The translations under genes and the position numbers were made by a program. The notes beneath the pieces are model-generated. The model saw nothing but the letters and a program-made list of their open reading frames with translations, ran no database searches and had not been told where the DNA came from. This document shows, in pieces, positions 25,960 through 40,400 of a stretch of 64,000 nt of DNA (position 1 is the first letter of the stretch; the number at the start of each line of letters is the position of its first letter). Source of the stretch: Tubiluchus corallicola (taxonomy: Eukaryota; Animalia; Priapulida); the NCBI GenBank assembly GCA_030141605.1, contig JAQGDQ010000208.1:62001-126000 (forward strand). Reading direction: 5' to 3'.

Positions 25960-26330
25960 AGATTGAACAGTAATAAAAGCTATTTTAGCAGGTTCACGTA
26001 ACTGCACTTGGGCCGCAGTAATATTACATCGCAATATGCAAAACATCCCATCTGTTCAAAATAATTCTGTTCGTGTGCATTTTCATTCCGAAAAGTTAAG
26101 TACACTGGCTGCCAGTTTACGAGAGTGATTGATCAATAGATTTTAGTTTCGATTTTATAAATTTATTCGTAACTAAGTCTTGGCACGTGGCTATTCGACT
26201 TGACGTTCTCTTCATCCTTTTTAATTGTTTAGCAGCAATGGTTCTTTCTGTTGAGGGTGGGACAGGGCTTTTCAAGACGCTGCTTCTAATGTGTGATACA
26301 TTATACACATTAGATACAAGAAATTTCACG
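25960..26330 (-). mobile_element. Highly decayed CR1-type LINE post-RT fragment
   Basis: VYNVSHIRSSVLKSPV..KQLKRMKRTSSRI resembles YxxxIRSxLEYxxPVW..LExxQKRAxRI. Weak match. Confidence 0.3.
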
Positions 26331-27589
26331 TATTTTTTAAATTGATACCAAACGTATGTGTCAAATTTCGTTTACTGTAAATTTTATTACTTATTTTTTT
26401 ATTCAGATTTTGGTAAATACTTTTGATTATACTGTGTCTGTGCCGATGAATTGTTAATTATTGTAAACCCTATGAGTGATTTTAAATAAGATGTGCGTGG
26501 CATTTTACGAAATTGTTCTTCTAATAAAAATAATAAAATTCTGATCACACAATGTTACGTTTCTGAGCAGGCGACGTTTCCATGACGTATCAAGGAAAGC
26601 ACATTCAATCATTTTTCATACAGCTCCACAATTAAAAAGGGATTAACACGCTGCACAAACAGAATTTCATCGCGAAGAAAAACATCCTCGCAAATTAGAA
26701 TATCATCGCCTGGGCTTCAGCGATGAAAATTGAATACAAATGATAAGGCTTACAATAATGGTACAGCTGAAACGCCTAAAATGATTTGGCGTTGCGGGTT
26801 TTTCGAATCATCCAAGCGCGAACGTTCTCAATTTCGTAATGGGAATCCCTAACCGTATAAATTGCGTAAAACGACGCTTTTTCATGCGTGAACAATAGCC
26901 CACTTCCGTTGATTTTTGCAGAATTTTGCAGGGAAGGCCACATAACTAAAACATGCGCGAACATTGTAACTGTTAGCTTATATATCTGAAATTAGAACAA
27001 AGACATAAAAGCACTGATCCCCTTTACTAGGGCCATATAATGCTCCTAGTAAATGAAACTGAATCGGTTCAAATTGCAAAATTTAGGAATTGGTAACGAC
27101 ACAATAGTTCATTGATGTGTCATTTCTCTACTGCTTGAAGCATGAAGTCTGGCAGTTCATCTAAAAAGTTACCAAGGAAAAACAAACAAAAGAGAAATTA
27201 GTAATAGAAATTAATAAAAACTCTTTGTTTATGCAAAGAAGGGAACCCAGAAAAAAGGCCCAGGGCAGAAGATTTTTTAAAAAGATTTTTAGGCTCATAA
27301 ATATGATAACATATTTTCTTCCAATTTTTCCATTACTAATTCATTTGTCGCAACACGGACAATTGTGTCAATTTTCCGTTATATGACAACGGATAAAATG
27401 TCCACCCGGGAAAGAGCCTCATTGTCGCAAAGCCAGTTAAGCCTCATAACAAGCGTCTAACAAACTGACTGCATACTACATTAAAGGCAATCCCGTTATC
27501 ACCGTTCTGAAGTCTTGATTACAACGACTTCCTGATTGTGTGAAGCAATAATCAGGATTGCAGAGAAACCCAGTACAGAGTAATTGACA

Positions 27590-28050
27590 ATCCTCAGCTT
27601 GAACAATACAGTCTGAAGAAAGCCAATATGCGTCTGACACATGGCTAAATGGACAATTGGCAAATCCACTACTGATATCCAGCCATCATCTATCTTTTCA
27701 AGAACATCTGGAGCATTTTAGGCTTTGTTGTGCGGATGTCTAAAATCGAATGCGAAAGCACAAATACAGATATACAGTTTATTGTTACAATATTAATGTC
27801 TGTTAGTGTTTAATGTTTAATCGCTAATGTAGGCAGATACACATTCATTTCACAAATTACGTCTGTTATTGGGATCAATCTTAAATTGATTTGACTTCCA
27901 ATTTTGCGGGACCTAACTATGTCTATGAGAATCATAATACAGGTTGTTCTAACGAAATCCTTTGCAGACCAGACTGAAATGACCGAGGAAAAACATTCAT
28001 CGTCTTCGTGTTGCTTAGAGCGCTTTCTATAATGAGACCTATTTGTTTAC
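27590..28050 (+). mobile_element. Possible decayed APE-endonuclease region of a LINE
   Basis: ASDTWLNG (cf. xSETWL) near 27630, followed by faint downstream motifs. Weak match. Confidence 0.25.
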
Positions 28051-30819
28051 CTGTTTACCTTGACATCTTTAGTTACTGTTTTATTAGATTTAAAGCACGT
28101 TTAGTATTTAAGATGCCAACGTTGTTGTTCTGTTTTTTTACATGCAAGTTCTATAGCGCGGATCGTTTTTGCTAGATCTGTTGTGCTTATTGCAAATCTC
28201 TGTGCTTCTATAGTTGCTGCGAATTTGAGTCAAACTACATCTGATTATTTTTTATTATTGGTTACTTAGTTTCCAGGTTGGCGAATTTTTTATCTATGTT
28301 TTATCTACAGATTTATGCAATGTACATATCTCCACTTATTACCTAGTTAAACTGAAACCAGCCCTTTGAAACCTCGAACCTTTCAGCTTTTTTACTTATT
28401 TTATTTTTATTTTTATTTTTTAGGGATTAAAATTTCCAAATGAAAATTAATCATCAATGCTATAAGACGATTTTAAAAATTGGACGGATAAGCCCGTTAG
28501 GGCGCTTAACAACTAGGAGCCACGCAAACAAAGATCCCGATTTTTCCTTAAAAGTCATTGCGTAATTATGATGGCCCGCGCCTGTTATTAATAACTTATC
28601 CATAATTCAGGTTTGTCATGAACATCGCGTTCAGGAAACGCCATAATGGAATACAGGATGAAAGTCTACACCAATTTTGTTTGATAGGCAAGCATCATCT
28701 TCGACGCGTGTATAATGCCATAACTTTTCTCAATTACAAAACAAAGGCACGCGCTCTCAGTACAATTCTCTCTCAGGGAATGGGAATAATTATGATCTAT
28801 TACATCAACTAGCTGGATATCCCGTTACGCAACCGTCAGATAAAGTATTGCATTTAGATAATTATTGCGCCTCAGTGACCATTACTCCTCCGCGTATACG
28901 TCTTTGTTTAGGAAGTTATGGGAACCCAAGCAGATGCAAGAATCAACGCACTTTGTTTAATGATAATTAAGTAATAAAGTGGCAATCTCTATGCGAGTCT
29001 CAGGTATATATTAACTGTGTATATTTAATGTAATATAATTTGTTTAACTGGTGCCCATATACAGGAACTGATGTACCCAAGGCGGCCCTATATGTGAGAA
29101 CTACATGACTCCTCTCTTATTCCAAATCCTTAGTTAAAAACGTAGAGTTGATACGCAATAAGCTCTTCATGTGGTGGTACAAACTCACAGTTGATTAAAT
29201 CGTAGCTATAAGGAATGAACTTTAGAGTTTTGTCTTGATCACTGCACGCGAAATATGGTTTCATAGTTGTGTAAAGCGTCTTCTAGCGTGTAAGCAGAAG
29301 ATCCTTGGTTCAAATTCAGGCTGTATTCAAACTTCTTCACCCCCATTTCCTGTCTTTCAAGTTGGTTATCAAAACTTAATTCATTGTGGGTTTGTACCGT
29401 CATTAATATCTTGACATTAACATTATACTCTTCATGTAAATATTTGCTTATTTGAAACGATGTTGCCTTCTTGAACAGCATACACAATTTAAACAGAAAT
29501 AAACCTTTTTCGACGAACGAAAGTTTGGGAAAATCAAAGTTTGTTCCAAGAAGAGGAGGCAATTAAGAAGAAAATAGGAAGATGTGAACTGACTGCACAT
29601 TTTTCACTAAAACGCTTTTTCTCGATCAAAAGTTTGAATAAGGGAGAAGCAGCCTAAAAAGCAAACATTATGAGGACTGGAGCGGGAAGATGAAAAAAAG
29701 ACGAAAAGGGAAGACAAGAAGAATAAGAAAAAAGGCGGCAGAAAAGACGTACGAAGCTGAAGAAAATAAAGGGAAAAGCAAAAGACGAAAAAAGATGAAC
29801 ATTAAAGACATTTACTACAAGCGATCATAAAACTGCAACTGCAAAGTAGAAGGAAAAGAAGAAGGTGGAAGAAGTAACAATAAGGAAATTTACTCCAAAA
29901 CCATTATGAAACTGTAAGTGACTGAATTCTCGCAGCTAAATTTCTGAAGGATTTGTTTGCAGATGATTTGGCGTCACTGATCTGAGCATTACATACATTC
30001 AGCGTCAGTCGTCCTTGAGAAGCATCAAATTAAAAGCACATCTTTCAAAACAGCCACTAGCTTCAGTTTCTTCATGCGCGATTAAACGTCCATTCGTTGC
30101 GTTTCCTTGACACAATCAGATGAAGATTTGAGTACAATGCGAATCTGCATGCTTCCAAAGCCCAGTAGCAAATTCCTCCTCAATTAGTAGAAGATGCCTA
30201 TCACCCTAGTAACCGAGGCCTGAGTGTCTATGGATCGCCTGAATAAGTCATTCGTTATTATGCTAAATTATGGCACCTCCTGTTACAGTTGCATTTTAGA
30301 TATAGTTAGGATTCAGCTTCTTGGTAGGACGATTGATGATGGGTCAAACAGTCGCAATGAATTGCCGCCAATTTTTTTTTGTCTGGCCAGGTTTTTGTCT
30401 ATTTTTAAGTTTTAAGCGAGGCGATAGTGATCTACATCAGTCGTCCTGTGACGAATACCCCGTCTTTGTCGAGAAAGGATCCACCAAAAATTAGCTCATC
30501 CGTTTGGCTCATGACGCAAATTTAACTTTACACATCTGATATTTCTTCAAATCCAAACTGAACACCAGAGAAAAATTAATATTCACTAATGATTCGAAAT
30601 TCTATTAACACATATAAAACATAAACCGATAAAAAGGGTTATAGGATAAATTTTTTTGTACAAAAAGATCGTAAAACAAGCCATCAAATATAATCTTCTG
30701 CAAATTTCTTGGTGAAAAATTATGCTGTTTCATTCATCGGTAATTCTGATGTATGTAGAGTACTGTTGAGGGCGAGTGAGTATGAAAAATAGGTTTGAAT
30801 GAATATTATCATTTTAATA

Positions 30820-31260
30820 CATTGGGTATTCGAGTCTGTCGCTGGTATATTTCTTTACCAATTTTTGAATAATGTAAATAAGTAAGCTTGTTTGATTTCC
30901 AAAGGGAGGCATACCATACATACACAAGTTGTTTGGTAAATGTGTTATGGGCATACTGATCTTTGTTCTGAGTTGTTTTAGGTTTAAAAATCTCAAATTT
31001 AAGATTTGGTTAAGTAAAAATGGTAACCGTATTTTTTATAAATGTTACTTACTGCTGTATGAACATATATAGTGAAATAATCTCTGTGTGCTTTTAAGAT
31101 AGGAATTTTTAGTGATTGTCAATCCATGTTAGTCTTTGACGATTAGTGTCAAAGTCTGTAATCTGACACATTATATTCTGATAAAGTTAAAGGATGCATT
31201 GATAAATCCAAAAAGTTTGAGTTTATGGAGCATGGAGCTATAGGAACTAAACTATTGCTT
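30820..31260 (-). mobile_element. Decayed CR1/L2-type LINE fragment
   Basis: MLHKLKLFGFINASFNFIRI*CVRLQ resembles LLxKLxxYGxxxxxxxWxxSYLxxRxQ. Confidence 0.35.
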
Positions 31261-31329
31261 CTATACTTTACATGGACAATAAATAATATAACGCAATAAA
31301 CTATTATATGGTTAAATAAAATATATAAA

Positions 31330-31631
31330 CATATACAATTAAACATGTAGAATATTAAAAAACTAAAACTAATATTAAAACTAATGCGAAAATTAATAAA
31401 ACACCTTTCGTAAAATGAAATATCAGAAATTTAGAAAGTTTTTATAAAAATTACGTGCCATGTTTTATTTCTGTTTGACGCACATAACATTCTCAGCCAA
31501 ATGGCCCACTTCTGGCAAATTTTTAATAAAAAAAATCTACATTCGCTCTTCTTCCATATAAATTAAAACACGTAGAATATTAAAAAATAAAACTAATATT
31601 AAAACTAAAACGAAAATTAATAAGACACCTT
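31330..31631 (+). repeat. Two ~75-bp AT-rich direct repeats ~224 bp apart
   Basis: aattaaa(a)ca.gtagaatattaaaaaa.taaaactaatattaaaactaa..cgaaaattaataa.acacctt at 31337-31407 and 31561-31631. Confidence 0.85.
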
Positions 31632-34600
31632 GATTAACAGAGATGAGTAATAGAAGGCATTTTGCCTATTACTGCCTTATTTTATCCAACGCAACAAACA
31701 TTAGTAAACGGTAAAGTTTCAGAAATGCCTATTATCCAATATTCATCCATATAGTAACTACAACCGACGTTGCTTAACTTAAAATTCAAAAGTTTTCAAA
31801 CGTTTTTGAGGTGAAAAACAAAATGTTTACTTCAGTATCATTATACTTCAGTATCAAATTTTATTTTCATTATGTCTACGAAATTGAATGAAAAATAGGT
31901 GATTAACGTGAACAACTATTTTTAGTAGTGGTCCTTTCCATGCTGGTGCATTGTATCTCTGAACAGTTAAAACGCCCGAGTTGTTTGTCGAGAGATGGTA
32001 GCACTGTAGTTTTAGATGACTTCGTAGGATTTAGTTATTATCAATATAAATGTGAAACCGCCACAAAAGCGCCGCTAATCTCCATACATATGATCTTCGC
32101 ATAAGGTTGATGGAAAATATGATTGCTGGTGACTGATGAAATTTGGGATTCTCTCGCATAGATATATCCTTGTGGGTTTATTCATTTGATTGGCTTCGAA
32201 TAAAATTAATAAAAGTGCTTGCCAACATAATGGTTAATGCGCAGAGCCAAAAATACAGGTCAACGGCTGAGAAGGGGTCAAATCAAGTTCGCACCATTTA
32301 CGCCTATGTGAAAAAACATTAATATCCTGAACGGAAAACAGTTGATCAGGGTTGAATTATTAACTAAATAGCAGTAAACACTATTCTGTTGAATAATCAT
32401 GCAGTGATTGTCTGAAGTGTTTTTGTAAGAACTGTTTTAGTACTTGTAAATTCAATATCAATTGCAAGTATACTCTATGTTTTTTCACAATTTTCAGTAA
32501 CTGTGTGCCGCAAGTTCCGCTTTTCTGACTTGTGGACCTTTATAGAGTATTTTGAGTTTTTTTACAGTTTTCTATCTTTGCTATATTTATATATTTAGGA
32601 ACCCTGGACTCTCGGGTTTTCGCGCATGCGCTATTTCATTACAGCTGAACGGGTCGTTTCTTTCAAGATTGAACTATGATTTAGCAAAGGCTCTCAATCA
32701 AAAGCTGCTAGTTTGTCAACATTTAACTTTGGAAGGTCATTCCATGCCTGTGTGCTTGCACTCACTCTGGTTTTGAACAAAACGTGCTTCGTTTGAGGTA
32801 TGAGCCGAATTTTATTCTTTCTCGATTCTTCTAAATTAATTGATAAGCGTGCAGTCGTACATAGTCTGACATCGTAAGCTTGTTATTATTTTTACATAAA
32901 GCTGGCTCGCTGAGCAGTAGAATTTCACTTTTTGTCATATCATTGTCGCACATTCGGCGTAGATGTAGAATTTCTGTAAGCTTGCAATAGTTGGTTAAAC
33001 GCAGTGTTACTATCAAGTCATGAGTTACGTAAAAAATGTTATCCATCCACCATAGATCGCCAGACAGAAACAGGAAATTCGAAAGCGAACGTAGTTTGAT
33101 CTGATCTTGCAAACTCATCTTTTAAAGTGCGACAACAGCTTTTTATTGAAATAAAACAAAAATGTGCCTCTAGGCAAAGCAAGAATGTTTAAATGTTGAT
33201 TTACAGTTCGCGAGTATTTTAATAATTTGTCTTAGTTTATTTGATTGGTGACGGTGGGCGACGGGCCTGCTATTTTTTCAAAATGTTCGAAGCAGCAAAA
33301 ATCAACGGTATCACCTGTATAAAATATAGATTTTTGCAGTTTTGATTTAGGTATGCAACTGCTTAATACACCGCTACTGTTCCTGTTATTCCTGTGCCCT
33401 TTCAGATCTACATCCTGTCTAAATACACCGGGAAACAAAGAATTTCCGAATTTGATATTTAACTTGAAGTGATTGCAGCATTCTCCTGGAATTATTTTAT
33501 AACGAATTACATCAACAATTGAAATTTTGAGAAGTTTTAAATTGAAAAGCATTGAAATTTTAATAGTTCCGTTGAATCTTCTATCCAAATTTATGTAGTT
33601 TTATTATATAGCAGCGCCCATGACTCTGGTTACGATGCGGTTCATACTCGGGCAGAATCAAACACAATGCAATGGCTGCCAATAAATACCCAGACAGCTG
33701 GAGTGAACTTTGACTATAATGGTTCCACCGTCTCCTATTATGTACGTCTAAGTGCCAAAATACAGAAGTCTGAAAGGAATTTGAATTACAAAGCAGTGCA
33801 CAGGCCGACTGCCTTGTGCTGGTACCTCGTCTGTATATTGCAGTCAACAACACATGAATGGCTTTTAATATTATATAGTTAGGCTTGTTTAATTTAAAAG
33901 TATTGGCGTCCAAACTGTACCTCAAATATTTCGGACTATGTACCTACTAAAAATTTTAAATGAATCATGTGCTGTGCGTAATAAACTGGAGATTACTGTA
34001 CGTAGCCTAACTGCAGAACTCGTTGCATACAGTGTTTGCCTACAGTTACTTGAAAGAGGAAGTTGAGCCTTAATATGTCTAAAGATTTTTACTGCATTAA
34101 AGCATGTTTTTATGTAATTTTTTGTCAAATGCAAACAATGACTTTTGATTTAAGCACGATGTTATTCATTTTACCACGGGCACAAGGTCACACATTAATA
34201 TCTACACAAGCTTCAATCATCTATCTTTGGTGTTGCCTGTATTTCGAGTTTTCGCTTGCATAATTTTCATCGTGTTTTTTACTTTCTTGTGTTATGTCAT
34301 GCTCTCCCCGTGTTTTGTGTCTTATATTTCACTGTGTTGTACAATATTTTCCTTTGTTTTGTGTTATATTTTGATCCACGTCTTGTGTCATATTCCCCCA
34401 AGTACCATTTTGCTCATTTTGTGTTACTTTGCTTTTAAATGAGCTAAATTCCGAATATGGTGAGCATGTAACATCTTCAAATGCTTATTTTGCTCGACCG
34501 ACATTTTGTAAAGATAAAAAGTGTCGCTGTTGAATCTTGTGATATTTGCGCTCACACTACATTATGGAATTAGTGAAGTTAGTTTTTTGCGTGAAAATAA

Positions 34601-37229
34601 CTAATAACTAATTAAAGTAATAAATTTGTTACTTATTTAGGTCACAAGGAAAACGCTGTCTATAAGGCTGATATTTGACCTATACGCTGCCTTCTGCAGA
34701 TGCTTTCAGCCACAAACAAAAAACTTTGTAAAAGTCCGTAGGGAATAGACCATCTCCATTCAGCGCCCAATTGTGGCGAATTAAATGTGAAATAGGATAA
34801 GCGGTGCCATTCGAAGCCATCATTGCCTTCAAAGCAACTCTTTCTGAAGCCATTTTCCATTAGTCTCTACCCGCTCGGGCAAGAAGCATGTGATACCAAG
34901 TCATTTGTCATTGTCGCAATTTATTTTCACTGTAGCATGGATTGAATAAACGATATTCAATGGTTTAGAAGATTTGGCGGTCGTGTTTTCTCATAGCGGC
35001 TTTGAACCCAGCAGCAATTATCCGATTGTTCTTCGGCTGCTAAAAGTTCGTTTTGATGATGAAAACCTTGTTCTAAAGCAACACTATTACCACAAGTTTC
35101 CTTTGGCTAGTTTGGCACTTTTTATCCATAAAATCGTTCATTGAAGCACTGTAATAGTCCTTACTTTCTTTGTCTGTTCATCAATAACTTGCACAATCAT
35201 CAACATAACATATAGACCCTGCCGTTGAATATTTTTCTGGAGGCTTGCTTGTATGCTAGTCAACTGATCACAAAAAAGAGCGTCAACTGATCATAAAAAT
35301 TACAATCATGGATAGAATACCTACACATATAACCGCGTTAAGCTTGCACAAATAGATCTAACAACAATTCTAACAATTTCACGTTGGTATCAGATTCAGC
35401 GGTGCAACGAGAATTATTTTCAGGCAATGTGTTTTTAGACATGGTTTTCCAAACTGCATCGTCGAGGAGTTAGTAGACTAACACATGCGAAGAGGAGACT
35501 AGTTATCCTTGTCCTAAAATTCGGGAACTGTGTGCTTAGATTTTGTTAGGTTGTGTCGAAGACATCATGAAGAAGAATTAGATCATTAGATGTATAGCTG
35601 ATACACAATTATATGGTTAAGATATTTATCAAAGCTCATTTCGACTGCTGCATGATCGTGTTATTTCAGTCATTTTCATTTTAATTAGTTCCTCACTAAA
35701 CTGGGTCTCTCCACTATTACCCGAATAAGCTTAGTTTTAACTGGTGATTCGTAAGCTCAACGGTTTCTTACTCTGTTGGTCCTAATAAAATTATGAAACA
35801 TTTAGGCATGTTGGGTTCTTAGTCGCTTGTCTCTCTGGCCACTAGCCCTCCACAAACTTACTGCTGCTCTCTCGCCTATCAGGTCTTTCAGGCACCTGAT
35901 CAAAAAATAACATTTCGAAGGACAAAGAAGAAGATTAAGTTAACAGTTAAAATCACTAGCGTTCATCTGTCTCTAAGTAACTTCAGACAATAGGCTTTAA
36001 GAGACCAATGGGCAAGCGACTATCGGGGACCCAGAGAGCAATAGAAATTATAGAATGGACCCTGATACCTTTTTTGTGATACAGATTTATTGATACTATG
36101 GCTGCTTTTGTATAAGCGCCAGCTTGCGTTATTATAACTGTAAATTTTCACAGTTTGAACACGCTATGGGTAACAATAGCTTATGAATCTCGATGCCCAT
36201 TTGTATTCCTCAAGTGACACGTGGCTACAATAAAATCGCACGGTATAGCGAACCATGAACTTCTGTCAACTTCTTGAATAATAATCAAATATATTCAAAC
36301 GTAGACCTTTAATTAATATTAGAATATTTGCCAAACGCACGCGACTCTGGTTGCATAAAGTTCTAATTAGGCGATCAAGAGGCCATAAATTAAACTGAAA
36401 ATTCTCAATAATTTCATAAACTTTCAAATCAGTGGCTTTGTGATCGGTTGTTTACGGTGTTCGAATCGGCGGGCTGTCATAGAGATCGCTTTGTCGATAT
36501 GAATAGCTTGATAGTTGGAGTCTGTATGGAAGTTACGACAAAGTAAGAATTTAATCAGTTATATTGGTGATGAGCATTCGGCGTGCAAAATTTTCTAGTG
36601 AAGTTCTGACGTTCTTAATTTTGATGAAAATTTTAACATTTACCGACATAAAGGGTAAATCGCAGCAAATAAAGCCAGGCTTGAACATTGACCTTGACCT
36701 TTGACCTTTTTTCGGCCTTCATCCGCCTTGGTTTCACATTAACTGGAAGTTTAAAACTTTTGTAGCATCAATCTGGGAATTCCTCTATAAAAATATAAAA
36801 GCTTTTGATCATGTGTCTGCGGATCCTTCAATTTGTTATACAAATCGCACCAAACATGACTGGGGATCATTCAACGAAAGGGTCTACAGTAGAGGTAATA
36901 TAAGCAGATAAGTGTAAACATTTATAGGGACCCATTTATTATGCATTGTTTCTTCAGGAATAATTATGTATAATAGTTTTTAGCAAAGCAACTCATTACT
37001 CTAAGCAGATCTGACGTAAACTTATCACAGCCTGGTGTAAGACAAAATATAACAATGTTACGAGAGATGACTGAGTTAAGGGAAAACGGGAAGGGTGATT
37101 TCATGAACGGGCAAAATATAAGCTTCTAAAACGCCTTTGGTATGTTGTTAATTCTGTTTATTGCTGTCCATTATTGTGTTATTACTGTGAAAACGTAGTA
37201 TAAATTGTCAATGAGTTTAGTCGGCCGAT

Positions 37230-37490
37230 CGCATTAAATTTTAACCATTTTAAGGTGCCGTACTGTGCCAAAAAGTTTTGGTTTGAAATTTGCACAGTTT
37301 TTTCTAGCGTTCTGGAAATCAAATATCAAAGATCAAACTGTTGCTGAATTAAACGTTAGCGATTTTAAAGTTCCGCACTGTGCCGGATAAATCATTTTTT
37401 GCACATGCTTTTTCTAGTTTTCTATACAGTGGAGATCAAACTCCTAGTGAATTAAAATGTGGCCATTTTAAGACACCATACTGTGCCAAT
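37230..37490 (+). repeat. Degenerate tandem repeat, ~103-115 bp unit, ~2.5 copies
   Basis: attttaa....cc..actgtgcc recurs with actgtgcc at 37262, 37377 and 37480; gatcaaact..tgaattaaa is shared by copies 2 and 3. Confidence 0.65.
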
Positions 37491-40400
37491 CACCCTTTGT
37501 TTCGCGACCCCTGTCGGTTCGTTTATTAGAATTCAGAGTTTAGCCAAGGCAAACACAAGCCAGCTGCCGGGCTTACAAACGGCTAAATTAGCGGCGTTTG
37601 GTTAATTCCGGTATGGCTTTTCGTTAATAACTAGTTGACGTCGCAAGGCACACCCATCTATTGATTATGAATTACTAATTTGCTCGTATATTACGCGCCA
37701 AGCGGTGATGCGGTGTACTAACGTCTTTTTAGCTGCCTTTTTGTCGCGTGCATGCTGTGATGAATTATGAGTAGAGATGATTATGAATAACCATTGTGTT
37801 AACTGAAAATCTGCGAGAGATATCACAGACCTTATTAATATTGCAGATTCTACGCTAAGCCTAATTCAAGTTTTGAAAAAAAGATATGTAAGCCTACAGT
37901 CATGCAGTTATTATAGTTTGTAGAAGCATTAAAACCAGGTCTACTTGAATTTAAACAGCTTTTGCAGCAGTTACTTTCCCCTGTGAGCGAAGTCAAATTT
38001 TATCGTCCCTTTTAGTTTATTTGCGGGCTTAAATCGTAACTAAATTTTCAGAAGCATGATTTCTGCTTTTATTGCACACATGGCCTAATTTACACTTAAG
38101 CCATGGGTTACGTTTCAATTACAACTGGTTCTCAGTAAATTTTAAGTTACCAGACCACTTTTAAGTTTTAACATTACTTATTTTAATTGCTTACTTTAAA
38201 GTCAGTTAGAAAACTTAAATAAATTAACTTGTTAGACTAAACTCTAACCAAAAATTTAGCATAAACGGTGTTTATTATTTCGCCAAATACTTTAACTAGA
38301 TTTCTTGTTCGAGGCGTTTAGGCCTACTGACGTTCAAGGTAGGCCAATAAAAAGTTTTAGTAGAAGTAACATTACGGTATTTGCAATGCTTCAAACCTAA
38401 ATTGAGAAAAGGCAGTTTCCTGAACACAGCTTGCAGAGCCTAGATTTAACTTTGCTGTTAGATGCCCTCATCTAAACGTGAATAACAAAAACAGTCGGCT
38501 TATAAAGTGAATATAAAATTTAAATTTATTCAATTAAATTTTTTGCATATTATTTTGGCAACGGATGTCATTATCAAGTGTGCGAACAATCATAACTACA
38601 AGATCGCAAATCATTCATTCCGCCATTTGGTAATGACCGTCGTTAGAGGAAATAGAAATATTGTGAGAAAATTTTAACTAGAACAATTTAAGTTTTATAT
38701 TAACCTTTTAAGTTTATTTTTATTTATCTGTTTTTATTGTTATTAAAATCCAGAGATGCTAGCATGTCTATTAAATTGCTCTTGTGATTTGTATCCACTT
38801 CTGATTTGTACAATACTATTATAAAAATGTTACGACCAATTCTATATGTAACAAATTCTAACAATAAGCGTTACTTATTAAGCACCTATACACACTTGTA
38901 TGGAAGGATGGTTATAATTTCTAATACTGATTGCACGCTGTTGATACAAGATTTCAGAAAAGTTATATACAGCTCTAAATTTTCAAGGCTAATAATTTTA
39001 GTTTTGCACATTTAAAATATAAAGTTTTGTTAGAACATAAACTGAATGCTCTCTGCTGCTGGGGACCTCACTAAACACTGTCGACAGTCATTTTATAGAT
39101 ATTAGTCTACACTAGTGATATTTTCACCTTTGTAACGAGCACCACTTGCAGAGTTTCTCGTGTCAATAGTATAAAGTTCGAGCTGTACGCAAGGCATAGA
39201 CGTGCCTGGTCTGAACACAGACCGGTACCGCAGACAAAACTTTCTGACCCATATTCGCTCTATGTCAGTGGTGCAAAGCTGCAACAGAAGAAGTAGACCA
39301 TTTTTAGAAAACTTTCATTCACGCTTTTGCTGTCCCTTTTAATCGCCTCCAATCGCGCATGCGTGACAAGTCGTTTTGAAAAGTGCTGCCAAAACGGTGG
39401 GTGTGGACAGTTGAAACCTTAATCACCTTTCGCGGTTACATACGTGGAAACTCTGCAAGGGTGAACCCAAGAATGTCAAATTGCATTAGTTTCTAGTAGT
39501 TCTGTAATAATTATAGCATTTGGCAATAGACATCCGGCAAACACTTTTATATGGTATACATGAGGTGAGATGCTTCTCGAAGTAAATCAAGTCTGCATAT
39601 GGAATAAAAAGCAATGATTTTGTCACGCGTACTACAAGGGTGTGACGTTTTGCTTTGTTCGGCGCAAATTGCTTCATACAAAAGCTATAGTACGTGGGAT
39701 AATATTATAGGCGACAAGTTGCGTCAGACAATTTTGTTGCAGACGGAATTTTTACACTGTGCGATTAGCATTAGATATTATAACCGTCCTTCCATAAACG
39801 TGTATATAGGTGCTTAATAACTAACACTCATTGTTAGTATTTGTTACCTATAGAATTGTTCGTAACATTGCTATAATAGAAAAAACTGCTGCACCAGCTT
39901 TTGGCAAGGAAGTAGTTTTAAATAATATAACATCTGGTTCTCCACAACAGAAGTTGGATGGGGTTTATATGTCACGGTGGCATTAACTTGACATTAAATT
40001 AACACGGCGTTATTGGATATATCAGCAAACTTGATAGCTCGACTGACATTTTAATTAACAATGTAATGTTTACCGATGCATCTTTGATTAACAGTAAAAA
40101 CGTCTGACAAACTGAGATAAGAAAACTGCTGCGTTGCTATGGATTCATCATATCCCCTGAGATGTTCTGGCTCATGAGTTTTGTAGAGTTTCATAATGCA
40201 GAGTCGCTGTCAACTTCGCCTTCCTTATACAGTTAACAGCGTTCAAATGACAGATGAACCAACAACGCCTTGTAACGTGAGATTTATACACATAAGAGAG
40301 ACAGCGGGCGCAATTTCTATTTATATGATATAAAAAGCCCATTTTCTTTCTTTTAATGGGGCCATCAATCTTGCAGTTCTATAATAAGGGAAACCTAAAG

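Noticed and set aside
28481-28505. TGGACGGA miR-184 seed match
   Set aside because: The rest of the sequence does not match and there is no complementary arm upstream.
37023-37045. TATCACAGCC, the 5' end of the miR-2 family
   Set aside because: The 3' part is unlike miR-2 and the upstream sequence pairs poorly, so there is no convincing hairpin.
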